Shown here piece by piece: positions 11,971-24,439 of a DNA stretch of 64,000 nucleotides. Under the pieces are notes generated by a model. It was not told the DNA's origin. It saw only the letters and a list, made by a program, of their open reading frames with translations, and did no database searches. The translations under genes were made by a program, and so were the position numbers. The DNA lies in the NCBI RefSeq assembly GCF_009834535.1, contig NC_045697.1, positions 13,394,001 to 13,458,000 on the forward strand, read 5' to 3'. This stretch comes from Camelus ferus. Lineage: Eukaryota. Every line of letters begins with the position of its first letter. Position 1 is the first letter of the stretch.

Positions 11971-12469
11971 ACATCATTATTCTAAAACTGCCACTTTTTC
12001 CTTTGTAGACTTCACAGTGAATTTCCCATAATAGATGTTCAAAAAATGTTTGATGAAGATATGAATCGAAACACTTTACCAAATACTCTAGCATTATATT
12101 TCAAGGGCTTATTTTTATATAAATATAATGGAGGAAATACGTAACTGAGCAAATCTCCACAAAGGTAAGCAACCAGTAAATCAAAATTCATTTAGTTAGA
12201 AAGGAAATTACTAAACAAAAATTAAAACAGAACCTTGTGATGAGCCATTTGAACTGATTTATCAAAAACATATTGAGAAGTATTTAACAGAGCTTATGGC
12301 CCGTGCACCAAAATGGTGCGGTCATGGTAGTCATCACCGATTCAGGAATAGCCACCCTTTTACGGAAACCTGGACTTACTTTGGAGAAACCATTCCAATG
12401 GAATCATCATTTTTAGACGATAAAAGTGAAATAGAAACGTAAAACAGAAGAAAGAAAACACAGACCGCA

Positions 12470-12715
12470 TGCCAACCTCGTGCTGGGATCTGCATTAAGC
12501 ACTTTAGATATTCAATCTTACTTAATCCTCACCACCACCCTGTGAGGCAGGTATAATTATCCTTTTATTTGATTTCTTTACTTCCTTTTTTCTTTTTCTT
12601 TACAGATGAGGAAATAGACCCTTAAATGATTATATGAATTTTCAAGATCAGACAACTAATAAGTGAAGAAGCTGGAACTGGCACTCACGTATATTTAACT
12701 ACAAATACAGTGCTG
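12470..12715 (-). mobile_element. MIR SINE
   Basis: TTAATCCTCACCACCACCCTGTGAGGCAGGTATAATTATCC…TTACAGATGAGGAAA. Confidence 0.8.
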
Positions 12716-13474
12716 TTAGCAATATTGAAAGGAAGATATGAAGAGAGATAGGAAGGGGAGAATTTTACTGCAACTCAAAATGAATTTCCTGCTTCAGTAA
12801 AACTGTGCCTACACATGTAATGATATTTTACTAAACATGGAAATGCCATATTTAGGAGAATAAAGGATTATAAATGAGAATTCATGTGCATCAGTATATA
12901 CCACATTATGATTTTTAATATTACTCTACAAGAAGTTCCATCAGCTGGAATTTAAAATATGAAGGCAGTCGAGAATTCCTATAAAGATTAAGGCACAATA
13001 ATTTGAATTCCACTCAATACTATGTACTCCTTTGAACCTATTCTGTTATTACTTAAAAGGAATTCAGCGTCTAGATTGCTACCTGGCAAACCACAGTGCT
13101 GGTGTTCTTTGAGGCTTGCAAGACAGGTGAGCTCATGTTGCCAAAAATGCTTTTAAAAGAAAGAGTAAAAATAAAATGTGGCTGAATAGATTACATCAAA
13201 TACATACCTTCTAGATGCAGTTATGTAAGTTGTATAAATATTTTAATAGTGTGCTTTCGTATTGTAAGGGCTGTGGAGAGAAAGTAGCCGATTTCTGCAG
13301 TAAAATCTTAGCCTCAGAGATAGCCCCCTACTCTTAACTCATACGAACCATATATTAAATTCTCATTGACCAGATTTTAAAACTTCCTCTTACTTTTATT
13401 ATCAATATGTGCTTTTCGATAAATGTCATGTTGTTATCAAGCAAGTTTCCTTTCAGAAGACTTGGTAGAAAAAT

Positions 13475-14020
13475 CGTATGAGGGATGATGACTCTAGGAT
13501 AACCTCCATGAGCCCCACATTCTGGTTGTCATATGCCTGCACACTCCCCTTCCCTTGAGTGGATACACGGCCTGTGACTTGTTTTTAACAAATAGAATAT
13601 GGCAGCAGCTGAGGAGATGGATGTGATGCCGTGTAGGGGATGACATCCCTTAGGTTATAACAGCCATCCTTCTGAGATTCCACTCTCTGACTAGCTTTGA
13701 GGAAGCAAGTGGCCATTGGGAAGTCTTGCATGGCTAGAAACTGATGGAGACTTCTGGCCCTCAGTCCAACAACCTTCTAGGAACTGAATGTTCCCAACAA
13801 CTACATAAGCTTGGAAAAGTAAAGTATTCCTCTGTCACACTCAGATGACAGGACAGCTCCACCTACCACATTGAGCATGGCTTTGTGAGAACCTGAAACG
13901 GAGGACTCTGCCAAGGCAAGCCAGGATTCCTAACCCACAGAAACTATAGGATGATAAATGTATGTTGTTTGAAGCCACTAAGATCATGACATTGTTATGC
14001 AGTGGATATCTGATAGATAC
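13475..14020 (+). mobile_element. MaLR LTR (MLT1F/G-like)
   Basis: CTCCCCTTCCCTTGAGT…CCTGTGACTTG…GGATTCCTAACCCACAGAAACT…TGTTGTTTGAAGCCACTAAG. Confidence 0.85.
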
Positions 14021-14724
14021 CAAATAGATATTGCATATGTATGTGCCCCTGATTTAAGATTTTTGATCAACAGCTATCTATTAAGCACTGGCCATAGGAC
14101 AAGAGTCATCTGAGGGCAAACATATGGTTACTGGTTTCAAGGATATTTATTCTTTTGGAAAAGACTGAACGTATAAGGAGCAAAGTACAAAAAGTATGTC
14201 ACAAGATTATAATAGCAAACGTAAGAGGCAATGCATATGAGAACACTTAGCAGTATGCCCGATATATAATAGCTAACTCAGAGAACAATTTTTTGGGTTT
14301 AACATTAACTACTGTAGCTGCTAAGTCGTTAGGAATAGAGCTAAGAAAGGGGAGACTACTAACATTTTGGGAGATGTAAAAGGCCTGAGTGGAAAATAAA
14401 TAGAAGTATGATATTAGGTGTATCTGGTGAGTATGGAATCCCACAAGTCTTACATTTGAACAGTAGTATAAGGAAGAGATGGAGTAACCACAGTGGTAGA
14501 AATATAATTTCCACATGATGGAAAAGAAAAGATAAGTAATTGCTTTTAAATTGCCCAAAGGACTAGATTCTAAGCCAAAAATAATCTTACTAATTAAAAA
14601 CCTAGTTCTCAAATTATTGCAGTTAGGAGTTATTTATTATCTTTAAAATTTTGCCAAAAAAGCATTCAACCAAACTAGAAAATATTCAGTTAAGAATAAT
14701 GTCATCTGACCAAAAACGCTGGAG

Positions 14725-15007
14725 TTATGAATTGTGTTTGAAATTTCAGTTGTGACGTTCATTAGCAGCTAGTACAGCAGCCTACCTTCGTACTTAGGAA
14801 ATCTATTGCCAATTCATTAGTTATTATTAGTTATCCCCAATTATGCTTGGGAGATCTAATTCATAGTTATTGCTAGTTATACCCAATTATGCTTGGGAAG
14901 TGTATTGCCAATTCATTGGCTATTATGAATCGTGTTTGAAATTTCAGTGGTAGCCTTCCACTGTAGCTGCTACCAGATACAATTACGCTTGGGAAGTCTG
15001 TTGCCAA
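14725..15007. repeat. Mosaic local duplication of two interleaved motifs
   Basis: TTATGAATYGTGTTTGAAATTTCAGT occurs twice and CAATTAYGCTTGGGA three times, with shared flanks. Confidence 0.85.
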
Positions 15008-15294
15008 GTAAATCTTAACTTACTGCTCAGCGATACAATCCGATGACTTTCATTTCGCTTCTTAACTGGAATAGTCAGTTTAGCCAATTAACGAGTGCTT
15101 TAAAATAACACAATATTTTATCAAATGGGGCAGAATTTATAGCAATGGATTTGTTATTCGAGGTGGCCATTCAAATTATCAGAGAGCCACATGCCTCAAT
15201 GAAATTATACCTGTCCAAGAGACATCAGGACAGATTCAAACATAGTATCATTCAAAAGCAAAAACAAAACCAAAAACAACAAAAATCTTATTAC

Positions 15295-15427
15295 TAGATT
15301 AGTCATGTAGTTTATCGTCCAAACTGGGACATCTTTGGGGATTAATGAGACAATATCCAGATAAAATCCTGGGTGAACTGATAGAATTCAAGGCAGTCAC
15401 AAGCACTCTGGGATGAATAGTCACCTT
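15295..15427 (+). mobile_element. hAT MITE (MER94-like)
   Basis: TTTATCGTCCAAACTGGGACA…GGGATGAATAGTCACCTT, about 133 bp, matches the remembered MER94 layout. Confidence 0.7.
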
Positions 15428-15694
15428 TCCTACTGTTCAGTGTTAATGATTACTGTTATTAGTCCCATTGTTAGCCTGAAATGATTTTTTGTTCATGTTA
15501 AATTGCCTCATGGACATACCTGTTGTAGTTCTGAAGGGCAGCAATGAAATGTGAGAGTTAAGAGCTTTTCTAGCTTACTGATGTTATTAATACTAATACT
15601 ATTTATGTGTTTAGGGATTTATAGGGAATAGTTTTAAAGGATATTTCTTCCCATGAGCTTATTACATATGGTGATAGTTGTGTGATTGAAGTCA

Positions 15695-15785
15695 TCATTC
15701 ATTCAATGAATATCCATTGAGTATCTTCTACGTGCCAGGCCCTGGCGTAGCTGGTGGGTGCACATTGAACAAGACAGAACAAACC
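15695..15785 (-). mobile_element. L2 LINE 3' end
   Basis: CATTCATTCAATGAATATCCATTGAGTATCTTCTACGTGCCAGGCCCTG. Confidence 0.75.
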
Positions 15786-16029
15786 TAAGCAATTAACACT
15801 GATTTTGAAACATTTATCCAGGATTTATTAATGATGCCCTCTGCTTAGCAACTGAGCTACACAACTGGTCACTCTGCCAGGCATCACTGCCACTTTAGAG
15901 AGAAGGAAACTAGTCCTCACATTCACAGCCAAACAGAGCCGTGACTTGAATCTGTAACATGATATATAAATGAGAATGCGTTCAGTTGACAGCAAGCTGA
16001 ATATTAAAATCAAAAGGTGCTTTAGATAT

Positions 16030-16385
16030 TGTGATAGCTGTCATCAAAATCCATATTTTTGTTTTCTTCCTAAGGACACAGTGAAACTGAGTACTGACTC
16101 CATTTCTATTAGATTTGACCACGTGACATGAAACCTGAAAGGCTGGGAGTAGAAGTGATGGATGAAATTTTCAGACCTGGATCATAACAATTTCCAATGT
16201 GGTAACACTCTATAGCTCGTCTCCACTTTAGCTAGAACTGAAGTAGTATCTACCATTCACTGTGTGGGAAGGGACATCACACCCACTAGTCCCCTTGTCC
16301 TGTACTGTCATGAGATTGAGAAACAAACGTCTATTTTTGTTTGAGCCAATATATATTTTAGAGTCTCTTTGTTATAACCTTAGGT
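16030..16385 (+). mobile_element. MaLR LTR (MLT1J-like, old)
   Basis: 3' end GAGAAACAAACGTCTATTTTTGTTTGAGCCAAT…GTCTCTTTGTTATAAC. Confidence 0.65.
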
Positions 16386-16524
16386 ATAGCAGAAATCTTG
16401 TGCAAATGCCCTGCAATTATACAGCCATTTCTTTCTACTCTGCCTTACTATTAATCCCAGTATATTTTTCTTCTAAATCTTGATATAGCTCAAAATCCTT
16501 AAAAATCCTCCCCCAAAAGGAAAA

Positions 16525-16888
16525 AAGAGGACACTAATGAACTAATCTACAAAGCAGAAACAAACCTGCAGGCATAGGAAAACATTTTATGGTTACCAGG
16601 GGAAAGGTGGTGGGAAGGGATAAATTTGGGAGTTTGAGATTTGCAAAGATTAACCACTACATATAAAATTAGATTAAAATTTTTTTTTCTATGTAGCACA
16701 GGGAACTATATTCAATATCTTGTAATAATCTTTAATGAAGAATAATATGAAAATGTGTATATATATATATGTGTGTGTGTACACACACACACACATATAT
16801 ATATATATTCATGACTGGGACAATATACTGTAGACCAGAAATTGACACATTATAACTGAGTATATGTCAATTAAAAAAAAAAAAAAAA
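16525..16888 (+). mobile_element. Artiodactyl/camelid-type LINE-1 3'UTR, 5'-truncated, with poly(A)
   Basis: ATGAACTAATCTACAAAGCAGAAAC…TGTAGCACAGGGAACTATATTCAATATCTTGTAATAA…A16 tail. Confidence 0.9.
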
Positions 16889-16939
16889 CTACAGACAACC
16901 AAGATAGAATAGAATCGTGATGCAAAGTGAAACCTAGTA

Positions 16940-17130
16940 GTCATTGTTTTAACTCCCACTAACTTACAGATGATGGACTGGAGGCCTGGAGAGGTTATGA
17001 AATTTAACCAACATCACCTGGGACATGAAGCTGAACACAGATACAGGTGAAAAGCAGAGATTTTAGTAACTTGCTCAAAATCATACATTGAGTGAGAAAC
17101 TGTAATTCAAATGTTGTCTTTTTGACTCTG
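16940..17130 (-). mobile_element. MIR fragments
   Basis: TTACAGATGATGGACTGGAGGCCTGGAGAGGTTATG and AGTAACTTGCTCAAAATCATACA. Confidence 0.6.
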
Positions 17131-18644
17131 TGACATGCTTTTTCTTTTCTTTCTTTCTTTCTTTTTTTTTTTTCCTGCAATTACCTCCCATTATGTGATC
17201 CTGAGACCTCTGGTCTCTTAACTTTCTGTATTATTCTCTAAGGTACCTTTAAACTTTTTGGTTTATTCTGGCAAATGCCTAATTCTGGTATCTATTAAGG
17301 TACAAATATTCTAAAGTCTACATTTCCATTTTCCTGTTTTTTTCAAACCTTTTCTTCTTCCTTGTGCACCCACAGAGCTAAAAGGCGACTACTTTGTAAA
17401 ATATAAGCCTCAAGAGGAAAGCAGTTTTAAGCACATAGCAGAACTCCTGCAAACTTTTGAATTATATTTTTATCTTGCTGCCTCTGAAACAGAATGCATA
17501 ATGTTTTGGCATTTTTCTCTCCATTTATAAGGACATTAGAATAAATTTTTAAAAATGATATGAATCCCCAAGACCCCTCTCTGATAATTCAGAACACCTA
17601 ATTAAAAATAATTTTGTCAAGTAGAGAGTAATATCTCTGTGAATATTTAAAGTACTCACTAATGAATTGGCATAAAAATTCTGCCCTCCTAGCACTGAGT
17701 TTGAGCTAGTATTTTCCACTGTGCTACCTTGGGATGATTACAATATTACAGTTTTTGTGAAAAAATGGATAACCTCAGATAACATCTCTGAGGTCAGTTC
17801 AAAAACTATGATTTAGAAGAGAAATTCAAATTTGAAATCATCTTACTTTTCCTTGTGTCTTTTTATTAGCTGACTGTGTGCAATTGGAAAGAAAGATACT
17901 ATTCAAAAAATAATTACCAAGGCAGAAAAAAAATTTATCATTTTTCAAAGGTGTTGAGAAGAAGAAAAAAAGTTAAATGTTGGCAACCCAGCAGTTTGGA
18001 AACTTTGTTAAGGCTTTGGCTTTGAAATTTGAATATGAACTGTAGGAGAGTACTCAGGAAAAGAGTGAAATAAGCAGGTTTCATTGTATTTAATTTGGCC
18101 TCTTAAATGTAACATGATGGAACTTGTAACCTGGAAATATTTTCTTAGGTATAGTCACTAGGGAAAGTAAGCATAATTACAGCTGTTCAGACTTCATGCA
18201 AACCAAATTGGCGTTATGGACAATTAATCTTTTGAAACATTAAGATAGCTCTGTAATTTCTCACTTTTATAAAAAGTAAGAGGAAGGCAACATAAATCAA
18301 ACTTTAGCCAGTAGGCCAGAAGTTTACTTAATTGACAATGGAAGATGAAGTGTCACTAAATTTTTATTACATTGGGGCAACTCATAAGTCAGAAGTCTAT
18401 GTAGTCCTGAGAATGCATAATTATGTCCTAATTCTTACCTACCAAAGAGACTCATAAATTGGGAATATGGTTTTTTTCCTCTCATCCTTTTTATTGTAAT
18501 TTGGATTGAGATAACTAAACAAATGGTTGGGATTTCTTAGAATAAAGTGATATCATGACATACTCTCCTCCAGATGCATGTGGAATGCGCTATGCTGCTT
18601 GCAGCCCTCTAAGGGAACAGATAAACCATCTGGCAAAAGTAATG

Positions 18645-18912
18645 GGAAGAGAGAAGAGAGGAGAGAGAAAAGAGAGAAAGAGAGAGAGAAAGAGAGGAAG
18701 AAGGAAGGAAGAAGGAAGAAGGAAGGAAGGAAGGAAGGAAGGAAGGAAGGAAAGATAAGCCAAAAAGAAAGAAGAAAGATAGAAGAAAGAAAGCAGAAGA
18801 AAGCCCGAAGCCTCCTACCTCCCTCCCACCCCCCGAGCCTCCCCCTTCTCTCCCTCCTCCTCCCGCTCTCTCCTCACGAGAGAAAGAAAGGAAGGAAGTA
18901 GAAAAGAAGAAA
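18645..18912. repeat. (GA)n/(GGAA)n purine tract with an internal pyrimidine block
   Basis: Directly visible; it explains ORFs 18555..18758, 18578..18901 and 18609..18917. Confidence 0.95.
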
Positions 18913-19001
18913 ACCATGGTTTTGGTGGACTTGAATTGGAAATAAGGAGGTTATATATTAAAGTTGGAAAAGTCAAATGTATTTTAAATCAAATTATTTA
19001 G

Positions 19002-19743
19002 TGTGGTATAATAAGAAATATATTTAATCCTGGCACAAGATTTCTCAAGCCTTTGGGGTTCCTTGAGTGACAGGAGTGTCTTCTGCCCTACATTAGGAGC
19101 CCCTTTTGAGTTCATGCTAAAGAAGTTCCTTAGGGCGGGGCCCCAGGTAACCTCTGTAAGGGGCTGGACACCAGAGAGACCAGGTGGTTAGAAGGCTGGG
19201 ACTTTCGGCCCCACCCACCTGCCTCTGAGAGGGGGAAGGCGAGTGGCTGCAGATTAAGCTCCATAAAAACTCTTGATGAGCTTCCAGATTGGTGAGCCAG
19301 AATGTATCCATGTGCCAAGAAGATGGTACACCTCAGACTTGCAGGGACAGAAGCCCCTGTGTTTGGGACTCTTTGGACTTTTCCCTGTGTATCGCTTCAT
19401 CTGGCTGTTTATTTGTATCCTTTAATATCCTCGGTAATAAACCGGTAATCTAGTAAGTAAACTGGCTTCCTGAGTTCTGTGTGCTGCTCTAGGAAATTAA
19501 TGGAAACCAAGAAGGGGTTCATGAGAACCTCCAATTTATAGCCAGTCAGTCAGAGTAACAACCTGAACTTGCAACTGTCATTTGAAGCAGGGGCGGCCTT
19601 GTAGGATTCAGCCCTTAAACTATAGGATCTGACACTGCTTCCAGGTAGATATTGTCAGAATTGAGTTAAATTTGTGGAACACCCAATCAGTGTATGCTGG
19701 GAATTGGAGAACTGTTTGGTGATGTGAAAAAAACACACTCTGG
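19002..19743 (+). mobile_element. MER21-like solo LTR
   Basis: TGTGG start; GAGCTTCCAGATTGGTGAG, CTTCATCTGGCTGTTTATTTGTATCCTT…AATAAACCGGTAA and GATCTGACACTGCTTCCAGGTAGATATTGTCAGAATTGAGTTAAA. Confidence 0.85.
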
Positions 19744-20499
19744 ACTTACAATTAAAGAAATAAATTAAATTGCCTTGAATGATGTCCAATTGGATTGGGG
19801 GCAGATATACAAATGAAAGTCTCAGTGTAAAACTATGCTGAAGAAATTGTCAAAGTAAGGTAGGATAGTGACCTGTGATACTCTGACACCTTTGCTGAAA
19901 GTCAGAACTGGCTCTTAGGTGAGTTCCCTATAAAGGTCTGAAATACACAGATTGGTGTATGCAGCTCCCAATTATGTGCCCGCACTTAACAGAGAGAAGC
20001 TAATTACCTTGACCATGCGCTTCCTCCCTTTTTCATTGGGAGTCTCTCATGCTTAGCCTTTGCCCTCGTCTTGTACACAGTTTCTTTTAATTGCCACCTT
20101 ACTATCAAATGAAAGGGAAATATTGCTGTAGGGTTGGGTGGAAATTATAGGGTTTTCAACATTCCCCAGATGGGCCAGCTCCTGATTTAGAGGCTTTGCT
20201 TTCCAGAATGTAAGTTTGAAGGCTGTGGCCGAGTTCCTAACCCTGAGATCTATGAACAACAGCACAGCATGTGGCTTGGAAAACATGACTTTATGCAAAA
20301 TCCCTGAAGTAAAAGCAGGAACTCTGGCTTCCCGGTCCTTCAGCTATGTGGCCGTGGCATGTAACCTCACTCACCCTTGACTCTAAAACAAATTCTTTGG
20401 ACTAGTTAACCTTCTCCTGTCTCCTTTAGTTATAACTTATCTCTTACATCTACCTTTAGATGAGGTTCCATCTTCTTTTCAAGTCTTCTTTACCCATTT

Positions 20500-20725
20500 C
20501 CCTATCCACTCCCAAGAGTGAGTTAAGTGCATTCTCCCATCAAAATATGTGTTATTATAATTCGCATTCACCTATGCATTTTCTCTAGATCATAGACCTG
20601 ATGCCTATGGACAGAGACTCTGCCTCTCAGAGACTCATTTTTAGAACATCAGTTCTTTGCATGTGTCCAGCCCAGGCACTCCATAACCAGAGTGATTCAA
20701 ATAATTTGAGAAAAGAAAATGAATG
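20500..20725 (+). mobile_element. L2 3' fragment
   Basis: Decayed L2 tail ending GAAAATGAATGA. Confidence 0.45.
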
Positions 20726-20879
20726 ATGTAATGACATCAGTCACTCAAACAACAGGTTCAAACAACAATGAAACAAACTAATTTGTTTTCCTGATCTCCT
20801 GAGTCCAATATTGATATTGGAGGGGCCTAGAAGGTAAAGGAATATGCCTTTCTCATTGCACACATGATGATATAAACAC

Positions 20880-21115
20880 TAATAACTAAAATAACTGAGT
20901 GCTTAGTGTAGACCTATGAATGAAATTATCTTACTGAATAGGCACAACAAACTTCTGAGATAGGTATAATTAATATTATCACTGTAATGACAAGAAAATT
21001 GAGATTTAGAGTTATGTAATGTGCTCAAAGTTTCACGGCTAGGGAGCAGTGAAGCCTGAATTTGTGGTTAATCTGACGCCAAAACCATTGTTTAACTGCT
21101 ATGGAATTCTGCCTC
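20880..21115 (-). mobile_element. MIR SINE
   Basis: CACAACAAACTTCTGAGATAGGTATAATT…AGAGTTATGTAATGTGCTCAAAGTTTCACGGCTAG. Confidence 0.75.
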
Positions 21116-21459
21116 CAGGCTTCAAGTTTTACAGCCAACTAGTGGCTGAGTTAGGGATCCAGTCCTAAACTTCCCCTTCCAGCATGTTTTGTCAGTCTTC
21201 ATGAAAACAGGATCTGCTCATAACTAACCATAATTGGAATTATCTGCCCACAAGTTTATTGAAAGTGGGCTAAACTTAACTCAGTAGAAGTGGCCTTTGT
21301 AACATGTGAGTTAATGAACTTTTGGATGCACTAAATCCAAAATGTTCCTGAGACAGTTCCAGCCACAAACAACAGCAGAGCATCAGTAACTACAAAAGAC
21401 TATGCAGAAATTAGGTGGCTGATCTAACCATGATATTTCCATTTTATCAGAAAAGAAGT

Positions 21460-21608
21460 GGGGGGTGGGTATAGCTCAGCGGGAGAGCACGTGCTTAGCA
21501 TGCACGAGGTCCTGGGTTCAATTCCCAGTCCCTCTATTAAATAAATGAATAAACCTAATTATCTCCCCCCCCACCGAAAATGAAATAAATAAATAAATAA
21601 TTTAAAAA
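21460..21608 (+). mobile_element. tRNA-derived SINE, camelid Vic-1-like (long form)
   Basis: GGGTATAGCTCAG (A box)…GGTCCTGGGTTCAATTCCC (B box), TAAACCTAATTATCTCCCCC tail and an A-rich end. TSD AGAAAAGAAG (21449-21458) / AGAAAAGCAG (21609-21618). Confidence 0.92.
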
Positions 21609-22894
21609 AGAAAAGCAGCTACAATTAGGAAATACGATGTGGTCAGATGTTTCCAGATGTAACACGATAACGGCCAAGGATGCACCTTAAAAGGGGAAAT
21701 GGGTTTTAATTGAGAGAAATAAATACATATTTGCTTGCATGGGGTGTACATGTGTGTATTGTATGGAAACTAATAAACAATATACTCCACATATGCGTAG
21801 ACATGCCTAAAGAGTGTCTGAAGTGAGGTAATTGTTTATTCTTTCCCTTTGTATGAATATCACCATGAATCTCTTTTCTCACGTCTTGCTTGCTAGATGC
21901 CTTCGGTAATGACATGACATGACTTGTGCAGGTTTTCTTTTGCCTGTTTATGTAGCAAGCGAGCTCCCCTCCCTCCCCGCTGGACACTTTTTGTGTTTTG
22001 CTTCATCACTTTCCATGGAGATGGTGCCATCCCCTAAAGGCGGGGATGTACGTCCTTTTATGGTGGCCTTGGCTTCTGAACAACCATTTTGCACTAAGCT
22101 GGGAACCAGGGGCCTTTAAGCCCTGCTGTGAATCTAACTTTTCTGCTGGATAATGCCTATGGTGCTGGAAATGATAACATTCAGCAAAGATGTTTTCATT
22201 AAGTGTCTTTTGCTCAGCCACTGATAGGAAAATAGTGCAAGAAGTAAAAAAGAAAAAAAATAACTCCTTTCCATTTAAGCTTATTAAATATTCAAGTGAT
22301 TCCTCAAATATACTCAGCCTTGCTGTGGCTTCATTAAAATGCAGCTCCATTGCGTTTTACGATGGAACACGGGTACAATGCGCTTCCTGCAGTGGCTACC
22401 CACAAGCAAATAGATTGCTGCATTCCTCACCAGCCGACGTTCAAAAGTGGCCCGAAGTCGAGGGTATTATAGTAATCAAGGCCGCAGGTTAGAGGCATGG
22501 ATAATGATGGCAAAATCCACATCACTAAAAAAAGAGGCCACAACTTCCTCATTGAGTGCAGATGGAAACAACAAACAGCTATTTCTAGTCAAGGCTTAGT
22601 GCCCCTTATTCAAGAAGTCACTTCTGAAGACCTGAGTCAGAAAGCCTGCGTGTCCATCAGGAGCCCACGTTCACTAGGGACAGTATTTGAAATGATCAAA
22701 AATGATTATTTTTAAGACTATGTCAAAAAAAAAAAAAACCCAAATGACCTACTGTCCACCATGAAATGACAAATGAAAAGCAAACAACAACATAGAGGAA
22801 TCAAGGGCACTTAGGAGCTGGAACTGCAGTCACTGAGAGAATGAAGTCCTGGGGACCAGCGATCGGAGAAAACATAGCCGGCTATGAAAGCTGC

Positions 22895-23135
22895 AACAAT
22901 GCGCTTCATTGTTTAGGTAACTGCTATATGCCAGGCATTTCCCACAGGTTTTTATTTATATTATTTTATGTAATTCTTAAAACCATCCAGATATATAGAT
23001 ACCTGTACACATTTATAGATAGGAAAACAAAGCCAATAGCAAAAAGTGAGTGATTTACCCAATGTCATTGACTAGATGAGAATTTAAAACTATCGTCTTT
23101 TGAACTCCAGGTACTTTGCATTATGCTGCATTGCT
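22895..23135 (-). mobile_element. MIR SINE
   Basis: CTATATGCCAGGCAT…TTTATAGATAGGAAAACAAAG…GAGTGATTTACCCAATGTCA. Confidence 0.7.
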
Positions 23136-23744
23136 TTCTCGTGGCAAACGATGTTTGGTTGAATGATAAAATGATACACATTTTTAATCTCATTTATTTT
23201 TCTGCTTTTATTATACTGACTTTAAATTAAAAGTTTAAATCTGCTTTGGACCATACAGAAACACCGTATTCATTCCTAGATGCAAGATTTCAGCCTCAGT
23301 TTGTAGGGCTTTCTCTTACTGAATTGCACATTCTGAGTCATGCTGGAGCTTGTTTCTTATCAGCTTTAGTTCAGATTGTCTGTCTTTCTCGAGTACCACC
23401 TGAACACAAGCCCAGTCAACAATTAGCTCAGAAGATTCAGTTTTGACGGGGGATACGCACTACACTTTTTGAAAGGAGATTTTGAATCTACACAGGGACA
23501 TGTGATGTTCTTTTCCACAAAGTCTCTGTAAGAACTAATGATGTGTTAGGATCATTGCTTCCAGAGGTCTCAGAAGTCAACATAATTACTGTGGGCAAGA
23601 TTTACTTGTACAGAGAATACAATAAAACAGCCCTGAAAAGCATTAGTGATAAAGTCACTCAAAATAAACTTAGCCCCTGCATTGGCCCCACAGATATAAC
23701 AGTTCTAGAAGGAACTACCTGTAATTTTAGATTGTAGTCAGTTT

Positions 23745-23900
23745 TTTATTCATTCATGTATTTCATAAATATTTGTTGTGAGCCTGTTCATTGCTCTGTA
23801 TTCTTCCAGACCATTGGAAAGGAAGGCCCAGCGATTGTCATCAATAAACTGATGGAAACTTAGAGGAAACAGAAATAAATAAGTGATTGCAATACAATTA
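23745..23900 (-). mobile_element. L2 3' fragment
   Basis: ATTCATTCATGTATTTCATAAATATTTGTTGTGAGCCT. Confidence 0.55.
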
Positions 23901-24403
23901 CAAAAAGATCAATCAGAAGATTAATCTGTTGGCAAATATTAAAATGCTAGTTCTTCAAAAAGAGAAGGAAATGTAGGAAAAACAGTCTTGGGCCTTCCAG
24001 ACCACTACCTGTCACAGTCAGAACACTTAGATGTGTTTTGTTTCTCTTCATTGTCACTTGGCCAGCACTCACGCTACCCCCTGAAAATCCAGTAAATTAG
24101 TGTTAGTGCAGTCTCTAAGGAAAAGGATTGGTGCACTCAGCCTAGTGTACTGAATAACTGCTTTGTGGCAAAATGCCAATAATAGTTTCTGCAATATGTT
24201 AATTCACCCCACTACTTCTTTTACGTAGGATAGTTTTGAATAAACCAATGACCAAGTAGAGAAAAACAGTGGGAAGTCCAAAAGATCTAAAGTAATTAAG
24301 AATCTTAGAGAGCTGGAATTCAAAGGGGACTTAAGGATGACTTTGTCTAACCCATTTATTAATTTGGTTTAAGAATTTCCTCTTAACATCAAAGAAAGGA
24401 AAA

Positions 24404-24408
<5 letters not shown>

Positions 24409-24437
<29 letters not shown>
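24409..24437. repeat. (TG)n microsatellite
   Basis: About 14 perfect units. Confidence 0.97.

Positions 24438-24439
<2 letters not shown>

Noticed and set aside
14725..15007. CRISPR-like repeat-spacer appearance
   Set aside because: This is mammalian DNA with irregular spacing, the 'spacers' are themselves duplicated, and there are no cas genes.
18555..18917. K/R/E-rich and S/F/L-rich ORFs (also 993-1376 and 24940-25454)
   Set aside because: They are translations of purine or pyrimidine simple repeats.
21460..21540. tRNA-like sequences here and at 26310-26380 and 57325-57397
   Set aside because: They are SINE heads with A-rich tails, TSDs and mutated stems, not tRNA genes.
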